From an uncultured delta proteobacterium (lineage in GTDB: Bacteria > Desulfobacterota > Binatia > UBA9968): 64,000 bases of DNA. Numbering within the stretch: position 1 is the stretch's first letter; each line of letters opens with the position of its first letter. The notes under the pieces are model-generated. The model was given only the letters and a program-made list of their open reading frames with translations. It did no database searches and had not been told where the DNA came from. Position numbers and translations under genes: made by a program. Below, piece after piece: positions 54,692 to 64,000 of the stretch. The stretch is taken from assembly GCA_963745035.1 (NCBI GenBank), contig CAVUVW010000014.1, forward strand, positions 512,001-576,000. Direction: 5' to 3'.

Positions 54692-55021
54692 CGTTCTGGC
54701 TCCGACTTTCTCGGCTGTGCTTGTTTTGTGCCTGAACTCGGGCAGAACATACACCTTCCATTGTCGAAGAAAAAGCAAGCGGGCCTCGAAAAGGGTCGGC
54801 CCACCGATTACTTGATGCCCCTGCGCGGCCATCCCGTACGGCCGAGGCCTCAGTGTATTCGACCCTCAGTTTCATTCTAACTTAGTCGCTAATCTCTGGA
54901 TCGCGGTATGTAACGATGTCTGAACTGAAACTCGGCGTACTTCGCCGTACCACCATTCGACTCCTATCTCTCTTCCCCGTCGAGAGTGTTACCGACTCCC
55001 ATTGAAATCGATTACTGCAAA

Positions 55022-55041
55022 TATTGGACTAAGGTCCAATA
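55022..55041 (+). promoter_or_regulatory. Dyad operator copy 6: TATTGGAC-TAAG-GTCCAATA
   Basis: Perfect 9-bp arms (55021-55042); TAGATA at 55063; upstream of an OprB porin. Confidence 0.8.
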
Positions 55042-55216
55042 TCCAGCTTTGCTGCACTTCGATAGATAACTTGCGTTTCTGGTCGGCAAAAACCATGGTC
55101 GGCAGCAGCGCGATGCATGTCCCCGACGCACGCCAGTGCACTTGCAAGCCACTCACCTCGCAGATTCATCGCTTAAATCCACAACGTACAAATCTCACAG
55201 ATTCGGAGCACCATTC

Positions 55217-56599
55217 ATGAAGAGAACTTCAACTGTCCTGACTGCGATATTTCTTCTAACACTTTCGATCGGTGCGCAGTGTCATGCGGCGGACGCGCCG
55301 ACTGCAAATCCCTACTCGGGAGATCTATGGACGCGCTCGACGCTCAGCGGCGACTGGTGGGGTTTTCGCAACCAGCTTGCTGAAAAAGGCGTCACCCTCG
55401 ACATGAGCCTGACTCAGGCCGCGCAAGGCATCGTTCATGGCGGCAAAGACACCGGCTGGCAGTACGGCGGCGGACGCGGCGACATCATCCTCAATCTGGA
55501 CACGCAGAAACTTGGTCTTTGGCCCGGCGGGTTCTTGAACGTGGAAGCGGAAGGCAACTTTATTCCGGACGATACTTTGCGCAAATCGATCAACGGCAGG
55601 ACCGGTGCACTCATGCCGGTGAATAGCAATCAGTCTTTTCCCACTGCCGGCGGGCGACAACTTCAATTTCCCCGCTTTGAATTTTACTCAATTTCTGTCG
55701 CCTTACTTCGGCTTGACTATCGGCAAATACGCCACCGTCACCTCCAATTCCGGCGACATGAATGACTTTGCCCATGGCAAAGGCGACACCCAGTTCATGA
55801 ACACCGCATTGAACTTCAATCCGATGATAGTCTGTGACCATGCCTTACTCCACATTGGGCACCGGGCGTGATCGTATTGCCGACCAAGGATCCCAAGCAG
55901 GCGATTGTGAGCTTTTTTGTAATGTCATCGACCGGCAAAGCCAGCACCAGCGGCTTCGATGACTTGAATGATGACAATTTGACGTTTGCCGGTGAGGGCC
56001 GCGTGAGGACCGACTTTTTCGGCCTCACCGGGCATCAGCTTTTAGGCGCGACTTATTCCAACCGGAAATTCACTTCGATCGACCAGAACGCACGCTTCAT
56101 ATTCGAGAACGGCGCATTTGAGGAGGAGAAAGGCTCTTGGAACGTTTACTACAACTTCGATCAGTATTTTTACGAACCGAAGAAAGGATCTGGCGAAGGG
56201 ATCGGAATTTTTGGCCGCTTCGGCGCTTCGGACGGTGATCCTAACTTCATGCATTTTTTCTACAGTCTGGGGATTGGCGGCAAAGGCGTTATCCCGAACC
56301 GTGAACGCGACCGTTACGGATTCGGTTTTTACTACATCGATGTCAAGAATCCGAAACTCCAGGGCCTATTTCAAACCACGAAGTTGTTGCGCGATGAGCA
56401 CGGGTTCGAGGCTTTCTACAATATCGCCATTACGCCGTGGCTGGAGCTCACACCGGATATCCAGGTCGTTCGAGGGGCGCAGAAAGAGAAGGTTACCATC
56501 GGCACCCGTCCCGGACCCTTGGGACTACCCTTCATCGCCAGCCGAAAAAGCATCGGGACGGCGACGGTCTTGGGTGTGAGATTGAAGATGATCTTCTAA
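55217..56599 (+). CDS. OprB-family carbohydrate-selective porin, frameshifted near 55650 and 55835-55865
   Basis: Signal peptide; TLSGDWWGFRNQLAEKGV, YYNFDQY, EAFYNIAITPWLELTPDIQV, terminal F. Confidence 0.85.
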
Positions 56600-56637
56600 T
56601 TATGCCGGATTCCACTCTTCGTAACCCATCCATATCC

Positions 56638-56657
56638 TGTTGGACCAAAGTCCAATA
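56638..56657 (+). promoter_or_regulatory. Dyad operator copy 7: TGTTGGAC-CAAA-GTCCAATA
   Basis: Same motif; TGC-TAGACA at 56677-56685; 61 nt upstream of 56719. Confidence 0.8.
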
Positions 56658-56718
56658 TACGGCGGCGGCGCCGCGGTGCTAGACAGAGTCACGATAAACC
56701 ATTTAAAAGGAGAGAGAG

Positions 56719-57285
56719 ATGAAGAAAAATATTTTAGCAGTGTTGTCGGCAATGATGCTGATCGGCGGGATCAGTTGCGCTCAAAATAAAGAAGCCGCTA
56801 CGAGGCCCGGCGTTGTGACTGTCGATGTCGTTAAATTGAGCGGCATCGTGAAAGCGATCGATCGAGACAAAAAGATGGTGACCGTCGAGGGGTCGGGCGG
56901 CAGAACGGTTGTGATCGATGCCACGAACGCGAGAAACCTCGATCAGCTGAAGGTCGGCGATAAAGTCAATTTGACGTACACCGAAGAAGTAGCGCTTTTC
57001 GTGAGAAAGTCAGACGATCCCCCGAGCGTGACCGAATTGCAAAACGTGGAACTGGCCCCGAAGGGTGAAAAGCCGGGAGGTGTAATCACCAAGACGATCG
57101 AAGTGACCGGCAGCGTCGAATCCATTGACATGAATAATCGGACCGTCGCATTGAAGGGCCCGGCCGGAAATGTCCGGACATATAAGGTGGGTCCAGAGGT
57201 AAAGAGGTTAAACGAGGTAAAAATGGGCGATCAAGTCGTGCTGCGGGTTACCCAAGCCGTGGCGCTGTCGGTGGGGAACCCCTGA
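56719..57285 (+). CDS. Exported hypothetical protein with two OB-fold-like repeats
   Basis: RBS AAGGAG, signal or lipobox, internal repeat VKAID..KMVTVEG..LDQLKVGD / VESID..RTVALKG..LNEVKMGD. Confidence 0.8.
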   Translation: MKKNILAVLSAMMLIGGISCAQNKEAATRPGVVTVDVVKLSGIVKAIDRDKKMVTVEGSGGRTVVIDATNARNLDQLKVGDKVNLTYTEEVALFVRKSDDPPSVTELQNVELAPKGEKPGGVITKTIEVTGSVESIDMNNRTVALKGPAGNVRTYKVGPEVKRLNEVKMGDQVVLRVTQAVALSVGNP

Positions 57286-57349
57286 ATAAGAGCTCGAGCA
57301 AGAAAAAAATAATCGCCAGGCAAAGTTGACAGGAAGGCCCAGGGAGCGA

Positions 57350-57600
57350 GAAACTCCTCACCCCCCAGGCCTTCTTCTTGGCGCACTGATCGTCGCCCGA
57401 TTACTGGGAATTTGGCTGTCGAATCGCGGCTTCGTTCCTTTTCCGCGCGGGGGAAAGTCAATTAGAGCGACGACGGTGGCAAGCAAAGCTGAGTTTAAAA
57501 AGCTACTTGGTCAATGGCACAGGCCGGACGGCGGTTATGATTGGCGATCAAAAGTATCGCCGCCGATGGCTTGATTGGTGCGGGCTACTTCACTAAACAG
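57350..57600 (+). pseudogene. Remnant of a conserved hypothetical exported protein
   Basis: LLGQWHRPDGGY, frameshift, LAIKSIAADGLIGAGYF, then break. Confidence 0.45.
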
Positions 57601-57631
57601 CCTGATTAAGACGCACTGCTGTACTAAGTCG

Positions 57632-58345
57632 ATGCGTGCGGACACGTGCGTGTGGATTGTCCTGCTCCTGTTGCCCTACTGGTGCTTCTGGGCAAATTCT
57701 CAAGCCGCAGAAGTCGAAGAGCCTTTCAGGGTGATGATCCTGCGCAATACCAGCCAGTACCTGCCGGCGGGTATTCTTCAGGACCGTGGGATGCGCGAGG
57801 CCTTTGCTGCCAAGGGTACCCGCCACGTAGAGTTTTTCGTCGAGACAATGGACACGATGTGGTTTGATCGATCGGAGATCGAGCCAGAGTTCTTGTCGCT
57901 TTTCGAAAGAAGTACGGCAGCCGCAAAATAGATTTTCTCATGGCTGCGGGGGCGGACGGTTGGATGTTGCACAGCGACTTCGTGAGGTATTGCTGCGCGG
58001 GGTACCGATCGTCTTTTACAATGTCGCGGAAGATGCGCTGCGCGGACGCGCAATTCCACCGGATATTGCCGGCGTAGTCTTGCGGTTCGACTTACCTGGC
58101 ACCTTGAGCTTGGCGAAGCGTTTGCACCCGAATGCACGGCGCATCGTCGTTGTGAGCGGGACATCGCCCTATGATCGAAATTGGCTGCGCCGGGCGCGGG
58201 AAGCGCTGCGGTCGTACGAAGGCTGGCTCGAAGTCTCATACTGGTCGGGCCAACTGCTTCAACAGCTTCTCGAAAATCTCCGAAATATTTCTCTAACGTT
58301 CCCTCCGGAAGTCTCGATCTGGCGTAACTCGATAATTTCGCTAAG
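57632..58345 (+). pseudogene. Truncated, frameshifted periplasmic sensor domain paralogous to the N-terminus of 3370
   Basis: VEFFVETMD, GVPIVF, TLSLAKRLHPNARRIVVVSGTSPYDR vs TLELILRLQPDTRRIVVIGGSAEVDR. Confidence 0.7.
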
Positions 58346-58443
58346 ATGTCGCGGTTGGCGCAAAAAGCCGTAGCCGATTCAGGCCTTGCGCTTCTCGCCG
58401 AACATCTAAACCTCCCGTGCTCCTCAACTCTTCTGAACCGCCG

Positions 58444-58463
58444 TATTGGACCAAAGTCCAATA
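58444..58463 (+). promoter_or_regulatory. Dyad operator copy 8: TATTGGAC-CAAA-GTCCAATA
   Basis: Perfect dyad; TGA-TAGTTT at 58481-58489; upstream of the intact arylsulfatase. Confidence 0.8.
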
Positions 58464-58560
58464 GTCCTGAATTTCGTGCCTGATAGTTTTCCGCAGAACG
58501 CAATGATGGTTTGGCGGAATTGCACCAATCGTTTTAAAGACAAAGAGAAAGGAGAAACTA

Positions 58561-60075
58561 ATGGCACAAGCAAAATCTAACAAACAACCGAATGTCCTCG
58601 TGATTTGGGGCGACGATATCGGTTACTGGAACCTCAGTTGTTACAGCCGGGGGATGATGGGATATCAGACGCCCAACATTGATCGCATCGCCAACGAAGG
58701 GATGCTGTTTACCGACTGCTACGCCGAACAGAGTTGTACGGCGGGTCGAGCGGCTTTCATCATGGGGCAAAGCGTCTTTCGCTCGGGACTGAGCAAGGTC
58801 GGCTTGCCGGGCGCCACCGCGGGAATGCGCGCGGAGGATCCCACCATTGCCGAGTTGCTCAAGCCGCTCGGCTACGCCACCGCCCAATTCGGCAAGAATC
58901 ACCTGGGCGACAGAGACGAACATCTGCCGACGATGCACGGGTTCGACGAGTTCTTCGGCAACCTCTATCACTTGAACGCCGAAGAAGAGCCCGAGCTGCG
59001 GGACTATCCGACGGAGAAAGACTTCCCCAATTTCAGGAAAAACTTTGGCCCGCGCGGCGTGCTCCACTGCTGGGCCGACGGTAAGGGCGGGCAAAAGATC
59101 GAAAACACCGGACCGCTGACGAAAAAGCGCATGGAGACGATTGACGACGAGACTGGAACTGCGGCGAGAGACTTTATCAATCGTGCGCACAAAGACGGCA
59201 AGCCGTTCTTCGTCTGGTACAACACCACGCACATGCATTTTCGCACGCACGCCAAGCCGGAGAGCATGGGGCAGTCGGGAAGATGGCAGTCGGAATACCA
59301 CGACGCGATGATCGACCACGACAAGAGCGTCGGCGAGATGCTCGCGCAGCTGGACCAGCTCGGCATCGCCGAGGACACGATCGTCTTCTACAGCACCGAC
59401 AACGGGCCGCACATGAACAGCTGGCCCGACGCCGGCATGACTCCCTTCCGCAGCGAGAAAAACACCAACTGGGAAGGCGCCTTCCGGGTTCCCGGGATGG
59501 TGCGCTGGCCCGGCAAGATCAAGGCCGGCTCGGTCTCCAATCAGATGATCAGCCACATGGACTGGCTGCCCACGATTCTAGCCGCCGCGGGCGAGCCGGA
59601 TATCAAAGAAAAGCTGCTGAAGGGCCACACTGCCGGAGCAAAGACGTTCAAGGTCCATCTGGACGGCTACAATCAGCTTCCCTTCCTGACCGGCAAGACT
59701 GACAAAGGCCCGCGCGACGAGTTTTTCTACTTCTCGGATGACGGAGATCTGTTTGCTATGCGGTACGACAACTGGAAGTTCGTTTTTGCGGAGCAGCGCG
59801 AACAAGGCACCTGTCAGATCTGGGCCGAACCGTTCGTGCGGCTGCGGCTACCGCATATCTTCAATCTGCGGACGGATCCATTGGAGCGCGCAACCATCAC
59901 CTCGAACACGTACTGGGACTGGATCTTCGATCATGCCTTTCTGTTGGTGCCGGCGCAGCAGGTCGTGGGCCGGTTCCTGGCGACGTTCAAGGACTACCCG
60001 CCGCGGCAGAAGGCGGCGAGCTTCACCGTGGACCAGGTTCTCGCGCAGCTGCAGGAGGGTGGCGGAAGTCACTAA
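58561..60075 (+). CDS. Arylsulfatase (Cys-type, formylglycine-dependent), intact, no signal peptide
   Basis: [44 protein letters not shown]. Confidence 0.93.
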   Translation: MAQAKSNKQPNVLVIWGDDIGYWNLSCYSRGMMGYQTPNIDRIANEGMLFTDCYAEQSCTAGRAAFIMGQSVFRSGLSKVGLPGATAGMRAEDPTIAELLKPLGYATAQFGKNHLGDRDEHLPTMHGFDEFFGNLYHLNAEEEPELRDYPTEKDFPNFRKNFGPRGVLHCWADGKGGQKIENTGPLTKKRMETIDDETGTAARDFINRAHKDGKPFFVWYNTTHMHFRTHAKPESMGQSGRWQSEYHDAMIDHDKSVGEMLAQLDQLGIAEDTIVFYSTDNGPHMNSWPDAGMTPFRSEKNTNWEGAFRVPGMVRWPGKIKAGSVSNQMISHMDWLPTILAAAGEPDIKEKLLKGHTAGAKTFKVHLDGYNQLPFLTGKTDKGPRDEFFYFSDDGDLFAMRYDNWKFVFAEQREQGTCQIWAEPFVRLRLPHIFNLRTDPLERATITSNTYWDWIFDHAFLLVPAQQVVGRFLATFKDYPPRQKAASFTVDQVLAQLQEGGGSH

Positions 60076-60219
60076 TGACGCAGCGCTGATCGAGTGTCGA
60101 GAAAAATGACAAGTGACGGGTTCCGAGGGTCGAGTGGTTCGAAAAACTCTTCCCTCGGCACCCGTCCGTGAAATGAGTAAATTGCTACGGCAAAAAACAA
60201 TTGCGTCGAAAGTGAACGA

Positions 60220-60622
60220 ATGGAAGAAACCGGAATTAAGCCCGAAGATCTGAAACTGAGCGACAGGCTTGCGGTTGAACGGACAGTGTTGGCGGCAGAC
60301 CGAACCATGCTGGCCGGGGTGCGCACATCGTTGTCGTTTATCGGTTTCGGATTCACGATATTCAATGTGCTCCGGTACCTCCATGAGCACGGCCCCGCGA
60401 AAGGCATGCGGCCTGACACGCCGAGGAATGTCGGCCTCTTCATGCTTGTGGCGGGAACCGTGCCCTTGTTTGTCATGATGATCCAATATTACCGGACGTT
60501 GCAGCGGATGGGCAGGAAAGAGAGCGTCTTTAAGAACCCGAATTTCCAGATGGCCCTGCGTCATTTTTTTGCTTGGGAGCATTCTCTTGGTCACTCTTAT
60601 AAGTGACATTATTCTGCTGTGA
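60220..60622 (+). CDS. DUF202/YidH family membrane protein, frameshift near 60555
   Basis: LAVERTVLAADRTMLAGVRTSLSFIGFGF; last TM continues in another frame. Confidence 0.75.
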
Positions 60623-60879
60623 AAAAACGGCAACAAAGATCAACTTGAGCTTTGTGTTCAGGTTTATTCTGGGAACAGTGGAAGGCTAGATCCGCTTCAG
60701 AAAGCGATGAACACACAAGAAGGATTCAACTAACAGTTCTTCTCATCCCAACAGCATCCCGTAGATCGAAGATTCGACAACGTACGATGCCGGCGGTCAC
60801 GCATGGCAGAGGTAGGTGTGCCTACGGTCAGGCCATCGCGAAAAATTGAAAGAAAGAAGCAATCAATGAGTTTTGGAAA

Positions 60880-61254
60880 ATGGATATGATCCGCGAGCTT
60901 ATTCAGCTTGCGGCTCAGGCGATTGAAACGTTGGCCGTGGTGATCATCGTGATTGCGATCGTGCATGGAACGATACGCTATCTCATTCGCATTAACCAAC
61001 AGGCGGGTGACGCATATGGGCAACTTAAGGCTCAGCTTGGAAGGGCGCTACTGTTGGTGCTGGAGATTCTAGTGGCGGCCGATATCATCAGGACCGTCGC
61101 TCTCGACCCGAACCTTCGAAATGTCATGATCCTGGGGTTGCTCGTCGTCATACGAACGCTTCTTAGCTGGTCAGTGGTTGTTGAGATCGAAGGGCGTTGG
61201 CCGTGGCAGGGCGCCGAGGGACGAGGAGTAAAGAGTGTCGAGCGTAAAACGTGA
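60880..61254 (+). CDS. DUF1622 family membrane protein
   Basis: LEILVAADIIRTV...WSVVVEIEGRWPWQ; paralog of 23216. Confidence 0.85.
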   Translation: MDMIRELIQLAAQAIETLAVVIIVIAIVHGTIRYLIRINQQAGDAYGQLKAQLGRALLLVLEILVAADIIRTVALDPNLRNVMILGLLVVIRTLLSWSVVVEIEGRWPWQGAEGRGVKSVERKT

Positions 61255-61380
61255 CGCGTCAAGAAAAGAACAATTTTGCAGGAAGATTTCTTTTGAGCGA
61301 CTCCGTTATCTCTCTTGCTTCCTGTTCAAGTGACCCCGACCCTCGTCCTTTTCAAGGGCGAGCCGAGGAGAGAATAGTCG

Positions 61381-61758
61381 ATGGAAGAATTACTGATGCG
61401 TATAGGGGAAGACTTGGCTGGGCGATTGCACGGACCCATGAGGTTTCGTTTGTTACTTCAACCTACGATGGCTGTTATCTTCGCCATTCGCTCCGGATTG
61501 AAGGATGCACGCGAGGGACGTCCGCCGTATTCCTGGGCGCTCCTCACCGATCCGTCACATCGCGCCGCGCTTTTGCGCGAAGGTTGGAAGAGAATCTCGA
61601 AAGTTTTCATCCTCGCCGTGGTGCTGGATGTGATTTACCAATACCTCGTGTTTCGCTGGTTTTATCTGGGAGAAGCCCTAATCGTTGCGTTTATTCTCGC
61701 TCTTATCCCGTATTTGCTGATCCGCGGTCCGGTGGATCGCATCGCGCGACGCGGATGA
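61381..61758 (+). CDS. Conserved hypothetical membrane protein
   Basis: RBS GAGGAG; GRLHGPMRFRLLLQP...LDVIYQ...PYLLIRGPV. Confidence 0.75.
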   Translation: MEELLMRIGEDLAGRLHGPMRFRLLLQPTMAVIFAIRSGLKDAREGRPPYSWALLTDPSHRAALLREGWKRISKVFILAVVLDVIYQYLVFRWFYLGEALIVAFILALIPYLLIRGPVDRIARRG

Positions 61759-61968
61759 AGTTGCGCGCGAGTTTCAAGAGGAAAGCTTTTTGTTGTCAAA
61801 CAACCTGAAACGAAGAATCGTTTTTTCCATATCGGGTTTCATGTGTGAGGCGGTTATTCGGATGGGGCGCATGTGCTTCGGGAACCAAGTCAACGGCAAG
61901 CGCGAATAGCGTTCTCTTGCCTGAGTCTCTGGATATGAAACGGACAGTGCGACAGAGGATGAGGGTCG

Positions 61969-62614
61969 ATGCAAATGATCCGTGACGAATCGCGCTGGCC
62001 TCCGGTGCTTTCGATAATTGTTGTATTCTGCTTGCTGACAACGATACCCGGCCACGTACACGCGCTGCCGGTTTGGGTTTCCTATCTGGCCATGGTTGCG
62101 CTCGTCGTGCCGATGGCTGCCGTCGCGCTTACCAAAGGGAACATACGGTGGCTCGGCATCGAGCGAATCATAATTCTATTCTTTGCGGCGGTGTATGTTG
62201 TTAACACCATCGTGGAGCTGGCGGATATGATCGGGGTCATCACTCTCCATCGGACGGGGAACAATGCCTTCGCGCTGCTTTCTTCAGCCGTTGCCATATG
62301 GGTGGTGAATGTCCTGGCCTTTTCGTTGCTGTACTGGCAGATCGATCGTGGCGGCCCCTACGGTCGAGCGCGCAAATTGAGTGTCAGAGCCGGATTGGGT
62401 CTTTCCGCAACCGGAGCCCCAGGACTTGCCGCCAGATTGGCGGCCATTGTTCCTCGATTATCTCTATCTTGGATACAACACCGCGACGGCTTTCAGTCCC
62501 ACCGATGCCTTGCCCCTCACGCATCGCGCCAAGATGCTGATGGTGATCGAAAGTACGATCTCGCTCTTGACGTCGGTCATCGTCCTGTCGCGCGCCATCA
62601 ATGTGCTGCCGTAG
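61969..62614 (+). CDS. DUF1345-like membrane protein, frameshift near 62385
   Basis: FSLLYWQIDRGGP / PDWVFPQ, DYLYLGYNTATAFSPTDALPL, RAINVL. Confidence 0.8.
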
Positions 62615-62847
62615 CGGAATACGGGATGCGATTGCAGATGCGGAGGCGAGGTTCGAGCTGCGCGAGGTGGTCTGCTCCGGGGTGGAGTTGTGGCGGCAGT
62701 GCTCGGGACCGTTCTGAGGATGCGATGAAGAGTAAGGACGACGGGCACCGGATTCGGCGACTTCAACCCGACGTACTTCTTTTCGCCTGCAAAGCCAGGT
62801 GAGCTGATCTGATGGTGTTTTAAGAGGCGGCGAGGGACGAGTGTCGA

Positions 62848-64000
62848 GTGACAAGAGTCGAAGCTCGGTGCCGATTACTGAACAGACCGCGAAACAGAAC
62901 TGTCGACAGCCTCTGTCTGACGCGGCGAGTACTTTTGGCAATGCTGCTCAAGCTGTCATTGAGCGCGGGGATTGCCGCCGCACAAGGGCAGGCAAGTTCT
63001 CCGGTGAGTCCGTCCTTTTCACCCGGACCCTCAGTCCGTTGTCCATCGCCGGGCAATCCCCACAAGCAATACTTCGAATGCTTGGGAAGACCTTTTGATT
63101 TCAGCGAGCATACGCTGACGCAAGACTGGGCGGGATTTCGCAGCGAGCTGGCTAGCCTTGGAATCATGCCGACGGCGTCCTACACGACCCAACTCTTCGG
63201 CAACCCAAGCGGTGGCCAGTCGCGGGGATTCACCTACAGCGGGACGTTGCAAACCTCGATATTCTGGGACCTCGACAAGCTCATGGGAGTTCCCGGCCTT
63301 TCGTTCAATATCAGCGCGGCTTGGTCCACCGGGAAGAGCCTTTCAACCGACCATGTGGAAAACATCTTTCCGGTTCAGAGCGCCTACACCGCTCCGGGCA
63401 ATGGCACGAACAACTTCACTCTAGGCGAGCTCTATTTGCAGCAACAATTGTTTAACGATTCGCTCACCATTGCGGCGGGACGCCTGACGCCTCAGCGGAC
63501 CTTCGCCACCATGCCGGTGCTCAATCAGTATATCAACGGAGGCATCAATCCTGTTCCAGGGCATCTCAGCATAAACGACCCGAGCTTTACCGCTTATCCG
63601 CCGGGCGTGGAATGGGGTATTCAAGCGCTTTACAACCTCACCCCGAGGGTTCAGCTCGTCGCCGGGGTGTTCAACACCAATCAAAACTCTGCCGCTGGCG
63701 CCAAGGGAGGGCTCGACTTTAGTTTCCAGCAAGGCAACCGCGGTGCGCTTTCGGTAGTTCAGATAAATTACCTCTTGAACCACGCCCCCGAAGACAAAGG
63801 CATGCCAGGGCAGTACAGCTTCGGCGGCCTGTACGACAGCAACAGGTTCGCCAGTCTCCGAAAAACGAACGCCTCAGCAAGCGGCACCTACAGCATCTAT
63901 GGTCTGTTTCAGCAAATGATTTATCGCGACGGTGATGCCAGTAGCCAGAAAGGTCTGACGGTTTGGGCGGAGACTGCCATTGCGCCTAAATCGAACGTTA
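62848..64000 (+). CDS. OprB-family carbohydrate porin (partial, runs off the window)
   Basis: Hand translation: TLTQDWAGFRSELASLGI, GNPSGGQSRGFTYSG, WDLDKLMGVPG, LGELYLQQ; start GTG 62848 or ATG 62941. Confidence 0.85.
   Translation, partial: MTRVEARCRLLNRPRNRTVDSLCLTRRVLLAMLLKLSLSAGIAAAQGQASSPVSPSFSPGPSVRCPSPGNPHKQYFECLGRPFDFSEHTLTQDWAGFRSELASLGIMPTASYTTQLFGNPSGGQSRGFTYSGTLQTSIFWDLDKLMGVPGLSFNISAAWSTGKSLSTDHVENIFPVQSAYTAPGNGTNNFTLGELYLQQQLFNDSLTIAAGRLTPQRTFATMPVLNQYINGGINPVPGHLSINDPSFTAYPPGVEWGIQALYNLTPRVQLVAGVFNTNQNSAAGAKGGLDFSFQQGNRGALSVVQINYLLNHAPEDKGMPGQYSFGGLYDSNRFASLRKTNASASGTYSIYGLFQQMIYRDGDASSQKGLTVWAETAIAPKSNV

Noticed and set aside
58558-59556. Long antisense ORFs opposite the sulfatase, MCE, patatin and other genes
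   Set aside because: Shadow ORFs expected in high-GC coding DNA; no recognisable motifs

Overview
A 64-kb, GC-rich bacterial accessory region. The gene style suggests a deltaproteobacterial/Binatia-like genome, but this is an impression only. Most genes are on the + strand. It opens with the end of an Mla/MCE ABC operon, followed by a FixL/FixJ-like (StyS/StyR, NodV/NodW type) two-component cluster. A long mosaic of envelope and sulfatase-related genes follows: one intact, one frameshifted and four remnant Cys-type arylsulfatases, a formylglycine-generating enzyme, a HAD hydrolase, DUF3604-PpiC-HupE/UreJ, DUF3300/DUF2950, patatin, an MltF-like transglycosylase, OprB porins, SulP plus beta-carbonic anhydrase, ppk2, a GH63-like glucosidase, an MlaA-hydrolase fusion, a pentameric ligand-gated ion channel homolog, AraC and a VapBC pair. 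The strongest unexplained signal is a 20-bp dyad, (T/A)RTTGGAC-YAAR-GTCCAATA. It occurs eight times, always upstream of genes and always about 21 nt before a -10-like element, which defines a candidate unreported regulon with a DosR-box-like core. The second signal is a four-helix-bundle gene enclosed by inverted 7-bp repeat arrays, with the same heptamers dispersed at four other gene junctions. Many genes carry single-base frameshifts, which may be real decay or long-read errors. No rRNA, tRNA, CRISPR array, transposase or integrase was recognised. All family assignments come from motif recognition, not database searches.
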